Below are positions 11,098 through 22,098 of a stretch of DNA of 64,000 bases, piece after piece. The stretch is from an uncultured Gemmatimonadales bacterium (lineage in GTDB: Bacteria > Gemmatimonadota > Gemmatimonadetes > Gemmatimonadales > GWC2-71-9), in contig CAWGED010000019.1 in NCBI GenBank assembly GCA_963821525.1, positions 416,001 to 480,000 of the forward strand, in the 5' to 3' direction. The stretch's first letter is position 1. Every line of letters starts with the position of its first letter. The position numbers and the translations under genes were made by a program. The notes below the pieces were generated by a model. That model had not been told where the DNA came from and made no database searches. It saw only the letters and a list, made by a program, of their open reading frames with translations.

Positions 11098-11685
11098 TCA
11101 TTGTTCCTCCGCTTGCACGATCATGATGTGGGCCCAAGGCTCACCTGCCCCCATGATCCAGGGCTTTCCTTTCTCGGGCTTGATCGGCAGACCGGTCGTC
11201 TCCTCGGTGGCGTAGGGGATGTAGACCACCTGAAGTCCCTCCGGCGATTTGGCAATGCCGGTACTGGCATCGATGCTGTCGGCGGGCGCATAGAGATTGT
11301 AGAGTGCGCGCGGCCCGTCCGGCATCTTGAGCGTGCCCGCCTTGATTGCCGCGCGCCGAGCCTCCTTGATCTCCTGAGACGTCTTGCCTTGCGCCTCGAG
11401 CTCGCGCCCCATAGCCATGAAGGGCTCGAGATCCCTGTGATAACAGGCGACATGCCACGAGGCCGCCGAGGGATCATCGGCTAGACAAACCATCTCTCCA
11501 CTGCCCTGTCGCAGCACGGTCATCCGGTGATAGTTGCTGTAGCCCAGGACCGTTGCGTCCTTGCGCATTTCTTCGGGGGCTGCCGTGACAGCGGCCGCAA
11601 TCTGTTGCTCGGCCGAGGGGACCTGTGCCGCCAGGTTGGTCGCAGCGGCGAGGGCGATACAGCCGGCCAGGGGAAGGGCTCTCAT
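11098..11685 (-). CDS. Hypothetical secreted protein
   Basis: Signal peptide MRALPLAGCIALAAATNLAAQ; motifs CLADDP, VACYH, PWIMGAGEPWAHIMI. Confidence 0.7.
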   Translation of the reverse strand: MRALPLAGCIALAAATNLAAQVPSAEQQIAAAVTAAPEEMRKDATVLGYSNYHRMTVLRQGSGEMVCLADDPSAASWHVACYHRDLEPFMAMGRELEAQGKTSQEIKEARRAAIKAGTLKMPDGPRALYNLYAPADSIDASTGIAKSPEGLQVVYIPYATEETTGLPIKPEKGKPWIMGAGEPWAHIMIVQAEEQ

Positions 11686-11692
11686 AGTCGTC

Positions 11693-12173
11693 CTAACTCT
11701 CCTTGGAAAACGAAATCTTGAACCCGTCCGGGTCGGTGAGCATGAAAATCCTGGCACCCCACGGCATATCGGCAGGCTCCTGATCCAGCACGATGCCACT
11801 CGCTTTGGCGCGAGCCGCAAGCCCATCGAGATCCTGAGCGGTGTAGAACCACAGCCGCACGCCGATCCCCTTCACCCGGTCGCGGCCTTTCTTGAAGTCA
11901 TCCTGGGTGAGAACCAGGTGGGCGTTGCCCGCACTAAGCTCTACGCCGGCAAGCTTGCCTTCTTCTTCCCACCGCTCGTGGACTGATGAATCCCAGCCCC
12001 TCGGTATAGAACGCCAGGCTCCGAGCCAAGTCATTGACCGTGATGCCCGGCGTGATGTGGCGCAGCCGGAGTGACTGGGGTTCATGACGCTTGGGCCGCC
12101 GCGCGGCAGACTTGGACGAGCGGGCGACTTTGGCGGCCTTCCGGGGCCGCCGCTTGGCTGACTTGGTAGGCAT
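11693..12173 (-). CDS. VOC/glyoxalase family protein with Lys/Arg-rich N-terminal tail (frameshift near 11985)
   Basis: [19 protein letters not shown] joined to ...[20 protein letters not shown]. Confidence 0.8.
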
Positions 12174-12336
12174 GGACAACTTCTCCTGGAGCATACGGGG
12201 TGACAAGGCGTCGGAGGGGCCGGGGTGGCTCACCAGCCCTCCGCAGGACATTATACTGGCTGTGGCACCGGCTCGCCTGACCCCCTCCGGCACCCGGCTT
12301 GCAGCGTCGGCGCCGCCACCCCGAACCGAGGCTTCA

Positions 12337-13407
12337 ATGGCGAGTATTGATCAGATCGTCTCCCTGCTCGGCGACAAGGCCGATCCTCTTCTCAAGTTTT
12401 CTTCACCGAAGATCGCCAGGAACCGGCTCCACGTACCGGGACCCGACTTCATTGACCGGATCTTTGCCCCGTCCGACCGCAACAATCGCGTCCTGGTCAA
12501 TCTGCAGCGGCTCCTGGGTTCCGGTCGGCTGGCCGGCACGGGATACCTGTCGATCCTGCCGGTGGATCAGGGCATCGAGCATTCGGCCGGCGCCAGCTTC
12601 GCGAAGAATCCGGATTACTTCGATGCGGAGAACATCGTCCGGCTGGGGATGGAAGGTGGCTGCAATGCCGTCGCCTCAACGTTCGGTGTCCTGGGTTTCT
12701 GCGCCCGGAAGTACGCCCACAAGATCCCGTTCATCGTGAAGATCAACCACAACGAGCTGCTCACGGTTCCCAACAAGTTCGACCAGGTCCTGTTCGGGAC
12801 GGTGAAGCAGGCGGTGGACATGGGCGCAGCGGCGGTGGGAGCCACGATCTACTTCGGGTCCGAGGAAAGCGGCCGCCAGATCATTGAGATCAGCCAGGCG
12901 TTCGCCATGGCGCACGATCAGGGGCTGGCGACGGTACTGTGGTGCTACCTGCGCAATCCCGCGTTCAAGAAAGACAAGGACTATCACGTCGCGGCCGACC
13001 TCAGCGGTCAGGCCAACCACCTCGGCGTTACGATCGAGGCCGATATCATCAAGCAGAAGCTTCCGGAGAACAACGGCGGGTATCAGGCCCTGAACATGGG
13101 CGGCTCGAGTTACGGCAAGTTTGATGAACGGATCTACACCGAGCTCAGCAGCGACCATCCGATCGACCTGTGCCGCTACCAGGTGGCCAATTGCTACATG
13201 GGCCGAGCCGGGTTGATCAATAGCGGTGGCGCCTCGGGGAAGAACGATATCCAGGATGCGGTAGTGACGGCCGTCATCAACAAGCGGGCGGGAGGGATGG
13301 GTCTCATCTCGGGTCGTAAGGCCTTCCAGAAGCCCATGAAGGACGGCGTGGCTCTGTTCAACGCGGTCCAGGACGTCTACCTCTGCAAGGAAGTGACGGT
13401 CGCGTAG
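12337..13407 (+). CDS. fbaB: Class I fructose-bisphosphate aldolase
   Basis: [53 protein letters not shown]. Confidence 0.95.
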   Translation: MASIDQIVSLLGDKADPLLKFSSPKIARNRLHVPGPDFIDRIFAPSDRNNRVLVNLQRLLGSGRLAGTGYLSILPVDQGIEHSAGASFAKNPDYFDAENIVRLGMEGGCNAVASTFGVLGFCARKYAHKIPFIVKINHNELLTVPNKFDQVLFGTVKQAVDMGAAAVGATIYFGSEESGRQIIEISQAFAMAHDQGLATVLWCYLRNPAFKKDKDYHVAADLSGQANHLGVTIEADIIKQKLPENNGGYQALNMGGSSYGKFDERIYTELSSDHPIDLCRYQVANCYMGRAGLINSGGASGKNDIQDAVVTAVINKRAGGMGLISGRKAFQKPMKDGVALFNAVQDVYLCKEVTVA

Positions 13408-13490
13408 TGGCCGACACAGAATCCCCAAGCCGAGCGTGGTAATGTAGGCGCTATCGGCTTGGTCAAGTATCCGTCCATTGGTGGTGGGGC

Positions 13491-15020
13491 ATGAGACGAT
13501 TCTCTCCACGGGCCTTTTGGCCCGCTGCGCTATCAGTACTGCTCACCTGTTCCGATGCTCCCTCCGGCGGTGTGGCGCCGCCCTCAATACCACTTTCGTC
13601 AGTCGTCGCTAAGCGCCCTAACATCATCTTCATCTTAAGCGATGATGAAGACGTTGGAATCCACGCCTTCCTGCCTAAGACCAAGGCGCTGCTGCACGAG
13701 AAGGGGACAACCCTCAACAACTTCTTCACGACCTATTCACTGTGTTGTCCGGCGCGGGCAAGCATTCTCCTCGGCCAGTACCCCCACAACACCAAGGTCG
13801 AGTCGAATGCCCCGCCTTCAGGGGGATATATCCAATTCAGGGATCTGGGGCGAGAACAGACCACCGTCGCCACCTGGCTTCAGCAGGCCGGGTATCGGAC
13901 GATCCTCATCGGCAAGTACCTCAATGGATACGACATCTCGGTAGCCGGCGCCGCTCCCCCTGGCTGGGGCGACTGGAACGGTGCGTTTGGCACCGTGTAT
14001 CAAGGGTTCAACTACTCGTTGGACGAGAACGGCACGATCGTCAACTACGGTGCAGCGTCGCAGGATTTCCTCACCGACGTGATTGCCCGCAAAGCGGTCG
14101 CGGCCATTCGCCAGGCAGCGCAGGACAGCGTGCCGCTCTTTCTCTACCTCTCGCCAGTCACCCCGCACCTTCCGGCCGGCTTCGCGCCGCGTCATGCGGG
14201 CTTGTTCGGTGCGACTCCACTGCCAATCCTGCCGAACTACAACGAGAAAAACGTGAGCGATAAGCCGCTCGCCATCCGGTCCCTGCCGCTCCTCGGATCC
14301 ACGGCACTGAGCGATTTGACCAGGGTTTACCGGAACCGGCTTCGCTCCCTTCAATCGATCGATGACCTGGTGGATTCAGTAGTCACTACTCTCAAGGCCG
14401 TCCACCGGCTGGACAAGACCTGGATCTTCTACCTGTCGGACAACGGCTTTCACCTCGGAGCACACCGGAGTCAGCGGGGAAAGAACCTTCCCTATGAGGA
14501 AGACCTGCGAGTACCCTTCGTGGTTCGCGGGCCACGTGTCCCAGCCGGCCGGGTGGTGAACGAGATCGGGCTCAACATCGACCTGGCAGCCACCTTCGCC
14601 GAGATTGCGCAGGTCACACCGACCGTGGCGCAGGACGGCCGATCGCTAGTTCCCCTTCTTACCGGAACCGGAGCCCCAGGCTGGAGGCAGAGCTTCCAGG
14701 CCGAGAAAGGCAGCGAGGACACCACATCAATTTTCATGGCGACGGATACCACACATCCTCAGCTCGAATTAGGAGACGCTGTGACAAGCTTCGCCGGCCT
14801 GGGGTGGAACGCAATCCGCAGCGTGCGTTGGAAATATGTCGAGTGGGGGACTGGGGAGCGGGAGCTCTATGATCTCACAGCGGACCCTTATGAGATGAGC
14901 AACCTCCTCTTCGTCGGCGGCGACACTACGGCAGTACCGGCACTCTCGACCCGGTTGCATCAGCTCATGACCTGTGCGGGCCCCAGCTGCGCGATGCTGG
15001 AAGATCTTCCCGTCCCCTGA
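13491..15020 (+). CDS. Sulfatase (N-acetylglucosamine-6-sulfatase-like), exported/lipoprotein
   Basis: RPNIIFILSDD, formylglycine motif CCPAR, GKYLNGY, SDNGFHLG, ELYDLTADPYEMSNL. Confidence 0.9.
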   Translation: MRRFSPRAFWPAALSVLLTCSDAPSGGVAPPSIPLSSVVAKRPNIIFILSDDEDVGIHAFLPKTKALLHEKGTTLNNFFTTYSLCCPARASILLGQYPHNTKVESNAPPSGGYIQFRDLGREQTTVATWLQQAGYRTILIGKYLNGYDISVAGAAPPGWGDWNGAFGTVYQGFNYSLDENGTIVNYGAASQDFLTDVIARKAVAAIRQAAQDSVPLFLYLSPVTPHLPAGFAPRHAGLFGATPLPILPNYNEKNVSDKPLAIRSLPLLGSTALSDLTRVYRNRLRSLQSIDDLVDSVVTTLKAVHRLDKTWIFYLSDNGFHLGAHRSQRGKNLPYEEDLRVPFVVRGPRVPAGRVVNEIGLNIDLAATFAEIAQVTPTVAQDGRSLVPLLTGTGAPGWRQSFQAEKGSEDTTSIFMATDTTHPQLELGDAVTSFAGLGWNAIRSVRWKYVEWGTGERELYDLTADPYEMSNLLFVGGDTTAVPALSTRLHQLMTCAGPSCAMLEDLPVP

Positions 15021-15088
15021 GCCACCTACCGAAGGGGGTTGGGCCAGAATAGCTTTGCGAACCTCCTCCTACACACGATAAATCCGGC

Positions 15089-16788
15089 ATGGGTTCCTCA
15101 CCCGCGAAGCTCGACCTAATCTCTCCCGCTCTCACAATTGCCTCGACGGTTTTCCTGGTCTCGACGATGGCCGCGCAAGCCCCCTCTCCGGGCGCGGCAC
15201 CCGGTCGCTCTCCGGTCTACGCCCCCCACGGAGTGGTCGCCACCAGCCAGCCACTCGCTACGGCCGCGGGTCTTGCCGTGCTCGAGGGTGGCGGGAACGC
15301 CTTTGATGCAGCGGTGACCGCGGCGGCGGTTCTCAACCTGGTGGAGCCCCACATGACGGGGATCGGCGGCGACATGTTCGCGCTGATCTGGTCCGCAAAG
15401 GAAAGCCGGCTTATCGGGCTCAACGCGAGCGGACGGTCGGGCTCCGGCATGACTCGCGACGTTCTCCTCGACCGGGGAGAGAAAGCGGTCCCCACCTATG
15501 GTGCCGAGTCCATCACCGTTCCGGGCGCGCTAAGCGGATGGGCTAAGCTGCTCGAGCATTATGGAACCATCACGCTGGCCCAGGCGCTGGGACCCGCCAT
15601 CCAACTCGCCGAGGAAGGATTCCCAGTCTCCCCCATCATCGCCCAGCAGTGGGCCGATGAGACCGAACGGCTGCAGAAGGACGAGGGAGCCAAGGCTACG
15701 TTTCTCATCGACGGGGTCCGAGCACCGAAGGCCGGCGAATGGTTCAAGAATCCGGACCTGGCTCGGACCTTCCGGGCGATAGCAGAGGGTGGACCCGGCG
15801 TGCTGTACGGTGGGGAGCTGGGACAGCTCATCGTCAACCGGGTCCAGGCGCTGGGAGGATTTATCACCCTCGACGACCTGATGAGCCAGCAAGCCAACTG
15901 GGTTGAGCCGATCTCGGTGCCGTTCAAGAGTTACCGCGTATGGGAGCTGCCGCCCAACAACCAGGGCGTCGCCGTGCTGGAGATGTTGCGGATTCTCGAG
16001 CCCTACGACCTCGCCGCGTTAGGACACAATTCGGCGCCGTATCTCCACCGGCTGATAGAGGCCAAGAAGCTCGCCTTCGCGGATCTCGACCGGTACGTGG
16101 GGGATCCCGCGGCCATGAAGACCCCGGTTTCCCTGCTCTACTCCGACAAGTTCATCGCTCAACGCCGGTCCCAAGCTGAATCCGAAGCGCGCGGTCGAAC
16201 GCCCGGAGCCGGGCGCAGCCATGACCCACAGCGAGACCATCTACCTGACCGTGGCCGACGCGCAGGGGAACATGGTCTCCTTCATCAACAGCCTCTACGA
16301 CGCCTTCGGCTCGGGCGTTGTGGTGCCGGGCACGGGGTTCGCGCTCCAGAATCGGGGATCGGGTTTCACCATCGAACCGGGACTTCCCGAACACGGTGGG
16401 CCCCAAGAAACTGCCCTTTCACACTTTGATTCCCGGGTTCGTGACCCGCTCTACGCCACAGGGCGAGGAGGCCTGGATGAGTTTTGGGGTGATGGGCGGG
16501 TCGATGCAGCCGCAGGGACACGTCCAGGTGTTGCTCAATCTCCTGGTCTTCGGCATGAACGTGCAGGACGCGATTGACGCACCGCGGTTCCGGCATCTGA
16601 GCGGGCTCAAGGTAGCGCTCGAAGCTCCACTCGCCGATCAGGTGCGCGCGAAGCTCCAGGCCATGGGGCACCAGGTGGTCAACTTGGCACCGGGATCAGC
16701 CGGCGGGGCACAGATCATCATTCGGCTGGATAAGGGATGGGAGGCCGGATCGGACCACCGAAAAGACGGACAAGCAGCGGGGTATTAA
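15089..16788 (+). CDS. ggt: Gamma-glutamyltransferase (frameshifts near 16175 and 16390)
   Basis: GGNAFDAAV, EPHMTGIGGD, nucleophile region SETIYLTVADAQGN, GVMGGSMQPQGH, SDHRKDG. Confidence 0.9.
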
Positions 16789-16800
16789 TCGTGAGTCAGA

Positions 16801-16842
16801 GCCCGGTGCTCGCCAACTCAGGGCACCGGGCGTGCTTTTTTT
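16801..16842 (+). terminator. Probable intrinsic terminator after ggt
   Basis: GCCCGGTGC...GCACCGGGC stem followed shortly by a run of T. Confidence 0.6.
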
Positions 16843-17282
16843 CACGCTGCGACAAAGTGGGCCCCACAGCGGTTGCACATGAACGACTGCTCCCACTTCT
16901 GCATCAGGCCGGGAAGAACCTCGTTGTTGAACTGCCTTCCTGAAATCGCAAATCGAACGGCCAGAACCGTGAGTCCCAGGGCCACCAGGGTTCCGAGCCC
17001 GGGATGGACAATGCTGCCGATTGCGTAGAACCCACAGAAGAAGGCTGCGGTGCTCCAGAGCATCCAGTGCTTCTTTCCCGGAGGGGCCGCCTGTTGGGAG
17101 AGGGCGGTCTGCTGCCGGCCGGTGGTGCTCGTACTGGTGCTGCCGAAGGCCATGCCTCCACCCGATCCAAACGCGGCGCCGCTGCCGTGGCTCACCGTGT
17201 TGATGATGGAAAGCCCCTCGTTGTAGATCAGCGACAGTTTCCGAACCTCGGTCGAGGTGCACTTCGGGCAAGCGAGATTCAT
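16842..17282 (-). CDS. Hypothetical membrane protein with split Zn-ribbon (CPKC ... CNRC)
   Basis: N-terminal CPKC, two hydrophobic helices, C-terminal CNRCG. Confidence 0.7.
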   Translation of the reverse strand: MNLACPKCTSTEVRKLSLIYNEGLSIINTVSHGSGAAFGSGGGMAFGSTSTSTTGRQQTALSQQAAPPGKKHWMLWSTAAFFCGFYAIGSIVHPGLGTLVALGLTVLAVRFAISGRQFNNEVLPGLMQKWEQSFMCNRCGAHFVAA

Positions 17283-17423
17283 GGGTACCTCCGGTGGCAG
17301 GTGGACCGGCCCGGCTTGCGGAGTTTGGGTCTGGGCCTATGATCTCCCTTGGCGGGGGCCCTGTGCGGCCCTCCCGGGAGTGCAAGCTCCCCCGCATTGC
17401 GCGGAATCCGAGGGAAAACCGTC

Positions 17424-17954
17424 ATGTCGCATCCAGAGCTGCAGGGAGAAACACTGGACGAGATGTTCAGTGTCGCCTACGAGGAGTTGCGCCGGCTGGC
17501 CGCCAGCGTACGGAGGGACGACCCCGGCATGACCCTGAGCCCGACCGCGCTCGTCAACGAGGCCTGGCTCAAGCTGGCCAGCTCGCCCGGAGTTCAGCCC
17601 GCTTCCCGTCTCCACTTCAAGCGCATCGCGGCCCGCGCCATGCGCCAGGTCCTGATCGAGGCCGCCCGCCGCCGCAAGGCGGACAAGCGTGGCGGAGGTG
17701 CGCTCGCGATCACCTTCGATGATGGCCTGCAGCAATCCACCACCTGCGATGACGAACTGCTGGCGCTGGACGAGGCCCTCGAGCAGTTGGCCCGACTCGA
17801 GCCCCGCCAGGCGGAGATGGTAGAAAGCCGGTTCTTCGGGGGACTCGACGTCAGCGAGACTGCCCAGCTGCTCCAGGTCTCCGAGGCCACGATTCTCCGC
17901 GACTGGCGGGCGGCAAGGGCCTGGCTGGCCCGTGAACTCCGGAGGTCCTCATAG
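17424..17954 (+). CDS. ECF RNA polymerase sigma factor, STK-associated (TIGR02999-like)
   Basis: YEELRRLAA, TLSPTALVNEAWLKL, AMRQVLIEAARRR, RFFGGL, RDWRAARAWL. Confidence 0.9.
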   Translation: MSHPELQGETLDEMFSVAYEELRRLAASVRRDDPGMTLSPTALVNEAWLKLASSPGVQPASRLHFKRIAARAMRQVLIEAARRRKADKRGGGALAITFDDGLQQSTTCDDELLALDEALEQLARLEPRQAEMVESRFFGGLDVSETAQLLQVSEATILRDWRAARAWLARELRRSS

Positions 17955-20609
17955 ATCCGGCGCGGTGGGGACGGGTGCAGGAGCTCTTCCATGCTGCGGC
18001 GGAGCTCGACGCAACCGGGCGGGAGGCCTTCCTGAAACGGGAGTGCGGCGATGATGCACCGCTCCTGAGCGAGGTGCTTGCCCTCCTCGAGGAGGACGCC
18101 CAGCGGAGGTTCACTGCTCGATCGGGACCTGAGGCGCGTTGCGCAACAGGTGCTGGATGATTCGTCGGTGCTTCCCACCCAGCGGTTCGGCCCTTACCGG
18201 GTTCTTCAAATGTTGGGTGAGGGGGGAATGGGAGTCGTCTACCTCGCGGAACGGGAGGATCTCGGTACCCTGGCCGCGGTGAAGCTGCTGCGGGATGCGT
18301 GGCTCTCTCCCGCCCGTCGCGAGCGGTTCGCCAGCGAGCAGCGTACCCTGGCTCACCTGAATCACCCGTCCATCGCCCGCCTGTACGACGCGGATACCCT
18401 CGCGGACGGAACGCCATGGTTCGTCATGGAGTACGTCGAGGGTGTCCCGCTCACCCACTATTGTGCCGCGCACGGATCGAGTATTGCAGAGAGGCTCGAG
18501 TTGTTCCGCGCCGTGTGCGAGGCGGTTCAGCACGCCCATCGCCATCTGGTAGTACATCGCGATCTCAAGCCCTCCAACATCCTCGTCACCGCCGACCGCA
18601 CGGTGAAGCTGCTCGACTTCGGTATAGCCAAGCAGCTGGAAGGCCTCGAAGCCCCGATCGAGCAGACCCGGACCGGCCTGCGGCTCATGACGCCCGCCTA
18701 CGCCGCTCCGGAACAGATCCGGGCCGGGCGGATCGGCATCCACACCGATGTCTACAGCCTCGGCGTGGTGCTGTACGAGTTGCTCGTGGGGCGACTGCCG
18801 TTCGATCTGACCGACAAGACTCCCGGAGAAATCGAGGCGATCGTCACCGAACGGGAGCCGGAGAAGCCATCGGTCGCCGCACGGCGGATGGCCGCCCTCG
18901 GGGGAAAGGCTCCCGCCTGGCCGGGTAGCAGGTCCGCGGCGGCCGATCTCGATGTGCTCTGCCTCACGGCGATGCACAAGGATCCTCAGCGCCGGTATCG
19001 CACGGTCGAGGCGTTGATCCGCGATATCGATCACTACCGCCATGCTCAGCCGCTCGAGGCGCGAGCGGACACGCTGGGATACCGGGTCGGGAAATTCGTG
19101 AGACGGAACTGGCGCGCGGTCGCGGCCACGAGCGTGGCGTTCGCCGCCGTTCTCGCGCTGGTGATCTTCTACACCGTCCGGTTGACCAGGGCGCGCAACA
19201 CCGCCGTCGCCGAAGCGGCACGAACCCAGCGGATTCAGGGCTTCATGATGAAGCTCTTCGAAGGGGGCGATGAAGAGGTCGGTCCCACCGACAGCCTGAG
19301 AGTGCTCACGATCATCGATCGCGGCTTCGAGGAGGCGAGGAGTCTCGACGCCGAACCCGCGGTGCAGGCCGAGCTGTACCAGACTCTCGGGAGCATCTAC
19401 CAGAAGCTGGGCAACTTCGTCCAGGCCGATTCACTCCTGCGCTTCGCCCTCGAGCGCCGCAAGGCGATCTTCGGTCCGGACCATCCCGAGGTCGCCAGGA
19501 GCCTGGTAGCGCTGGGGTCGCTCCGGGTGGATCAGGCGGAATATGAAGAAGCGGAGCTGTTGATCCGCGAGGGGCTGGCGATGAGCACCAGGGACCTTCC
19601 GGCCGGACATCCCGACGTGGCCCGGGCGACCGAGGCGCTGGGTCAGGTCCTGATCGAGAAGGGTGACAACGAGCAGGCGATCCAGGTCCTGGAACAGCTC
19701 GTCCAGCTCAGGGCTCCCGCCGGACCCAATTCGGCGGACATGGCCTCCGCCCTCTACGAACTCGCCAACGCCCACTTCTATGCCGGACACTACGCGGAAT
19801 CCGACTCACTGAACCGGCGGGTCATGGAGATCTATCGCGAGCTCTACGGCGATCACCACCCGGTCATCGCCGACGGGCTGATCAACCTCGGCGCGTCGCA
19901 ATTCGACCTCGGCCACTACGCCGAAGCGGAGAAGTACTACCGGCAAGCTCTGGCGATCACTCAAGCGACCTACGGACTGAACCACTACAAGACCGCGGCG
20001 GACCTCACCATGCTGGGCCGCGCACTGGTCTTCGAGAAACGCGATTCCGAGGCGACGGTCATGCTGAAGGAGGCGCTCGCCATCAGAGAACGGGTCTACG
20101 GGCCGGTGCACCCCAGTGTCGCGTCGACCCTGAACGAGTTGGGGAATATCGCCTACGCGGCGGACAGCCTGGACCAGGCCGAGGCCTATTACACGAGAAT
20201 GGTGGACATCTACCGGAAGGTCTATCACGACCACCACTTCCGGATCGGGATCGCGATGGCGAACCTCGCCGGCGTGTACATGGATCGGAAGGAATACCCC
20301 AGAGCGGAGAAGCTTTATCGGGAGGCGCTGGACATCTACAAGACCACGCTCGAACCGACCAACATCAATGTAGGTATCGGGAAGATCAAACTGGGAAGGA
20401 GCCTGCTGCGTCAGAGTCGTTTCACCGAGGCCAGCCGGGAGAGCCTGGCAGGATACCAGATCCTGATCACCCAGACCGATCCTGCGGTGAGTTTCCTCCG
20501 TGCCGCCCGGAAAGATCTGATCGCGGCCTACGACTCGATGGGCCAGCCGGAAAAGGCTGTGAAGTTCAGGGCCGAGCTGGCCGACACGGTGCAGCCCCGA
20601 ACCAACTGA
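17951..20609 (+). CDS. Membrane Ser/Thr protein kinase with extracytoplasmic TPR repeats (frameshift near 18110)
   Basis: LGEGGMGVVY, HRDLKPSN, DFGIAK, YAAPEQ, DVYSLG; TM helix; HPEVA/HPDVA/HPSVA TPR repeats; N-terminal ..RWGRVQELFHAAAEL. Confidence 0.9.
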
Positions 20610-20622
20610 GGTCGACCACAGT

Positions 20623-21288
20623 TCAGGGAGCCGAACTCGCTCCGGTATCGCCGGTCGAGTCGGGCGGTACCTTCAGGTAATGCAGGGTGAACGAGCGGCC
20701 CTGCATCATCCCGTCCAGATCCACGAACGCAATGAGCCGGGTGCCACCCAGGCCCAGCTCGTACCTGGTTTTCACCTTGCCGCCGCCGTCCACCTTCCGC
20801 TCGACCACGATGGCGTCGTGATCCCAGCGGGCAGTGGTTTCCACGGTTCCGCCGCCCTCCACGGGCTCCTCGAGCTTTTTCCCATCGAGGTGGAGGGTCT
20901 TTACACTGCCGGAGTCGTCGACCACGGTGAAAGTCGAAGCCTGCGCATCGATGCGGATTCGCTTCGGCACCCGCTTCGAAAGCACCATGGTCTCGCGCAT
21001 GCGGGCCCTGGCCTTGTCACTAAACTCGGGGTGCCGCCCGCCATAACCAGGAGTCGGCTGCCGGGGCTCCCCTCCGGCCGTTCCGGTCGAGGGCTCACCC
21101 CAGGAGGGCCGAATTGGCAGCTGGCTGTCGGCTTGAGCGCTGCCCGAGTCGAGGCCGGCCTTGGCCATGTCCAGTCGCCATTCTCCGTCAGGACGGGCTT
21201 GGGCCGCGAGAGCGGGGGCGCAGGCAAGCGCGAGGAGGAGGAAACCTGCGTGAGATCCCTTGGTACGAAATCCGAGCATTATGACCAA
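20623..21288 (-). CDS. Hypothetical secreted beta-rich protein
   Basis: Signal peptide ...LALACAPALAAQ; GEWRLD motif typical of beta-barrel N-termini. Confidence 0.6.
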   Translation of the reverse strand: MVIMLGFRTKGSHAGFLLLALACAPALAAQARPDGEWRLDMAKAGLDSGSAQADSQLPIRPSWGEPSTGTAGGEPRQPTPGYGGRHPEFSDKARARMRETMVLSKRVPKRIRIDAQASTFTVVDDSGSVKTLHLDGKKLEEPVEGGGTVETTARWDHDAIVVERKVDGGGKVKTRYELGLGGTRLIAFVDLDGMMQGRSFTLHYLKVPPDSTGDTGASSAP

Positions 21289-21540
21289 GCGCCGGAGCGC
21301 GAAGAAAGACGAACGTTGAGAGAACCTGAACCGTTCATACTGACGCCTGAAAAATAGCGAAGTTGCACCACATTTTCTCTGCCAGCGCTACCCTTGCGTG
21401 GATTACACCGGCGGGCATAAAATGAGCCACATGGGGGCCGGTGGTGCACCGGCTTCGAGGTCCGTTCGGGCGGGAGAGACTCGTCAGTTGCGGGCGCGGG
21501 AGGCTTCGGCCTCGACCGCGCCCGTTGTGCTTATACGAGG

Positions 21541-21576
21541 AGAAAGAAGAAGTCCCGGAAGCGAACTTCCGGGACT
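21541..21576 (-). terminator. Intrinsic terminator
   Basis: Perfect 11-bp stem with UUCG loop (minus strand) followed by U-rich tail, downstream of 21599-21919. Confidence 0.75.
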
Positions 21577-21598
21577 CTCCAGCATCGCAGCACAACGA

Positions 21599-21919
21599 TC
21601 AGCTGCCTGCTCTGCTCATCTTGTCTACGTCGAGGCGGTTCTTTCCGGTCAACCGGTTCCACGCGTCATGAACGGCATCCTTGACGTTCTCCCACGCGGC
21701 GCCGCCTGGACCCTTGGCCTCGAACTTGTCCCAACCGGTCCTCAGGTCCTCCTTCGCCTCATCCCAGCTGCGGCCCCTGTGACGGTGAGTTGAGACATAT
21801 CCATAGAAATATGCCGGTCGCAGTTCGTCATACGCGCGACCCTTGGCGTAAGGCCGGGAGGCGTAGTTTGCCTTCCACCAGGCATCCTCTTCATCCCAGC
21901 CGGCATCAAAATCGTGCAT
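21599..21919 (-). CDS. Small Trp/Tyr-rich hypothetical protein
   Basis: GGAGGTG RBS upstream; YDELRPAYFYGY...WENVKDAVHDAW. Confidence 0.75.
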   Translation of the reverse strand: MHDFDAGWDEEDAWWKANYASRPYAKGRAYDELRPAYFYGYVSTHRHRGRSWDEAKEDLRTGWDKFEAKGPGGAAWENVKDAVHDAWNRLTGKNRLDVDKMSRAGS

Positions 21920-22098
21920 TGTCCTTCACCTCCGAGAACATGTGAATGAGAGCTGCTGCGGAGGTACGGTAACTCGAAGGTGAAGGGATCGGAGTGATCG
22001 ATGTCACGGCGATTATTGCGCATTTGCGCCCGACCCGCGTAGCGCAGTCATTCTCCTGTCAGGTCGCGATGAACTTGCGATTCAGCTTCATTACCGGT

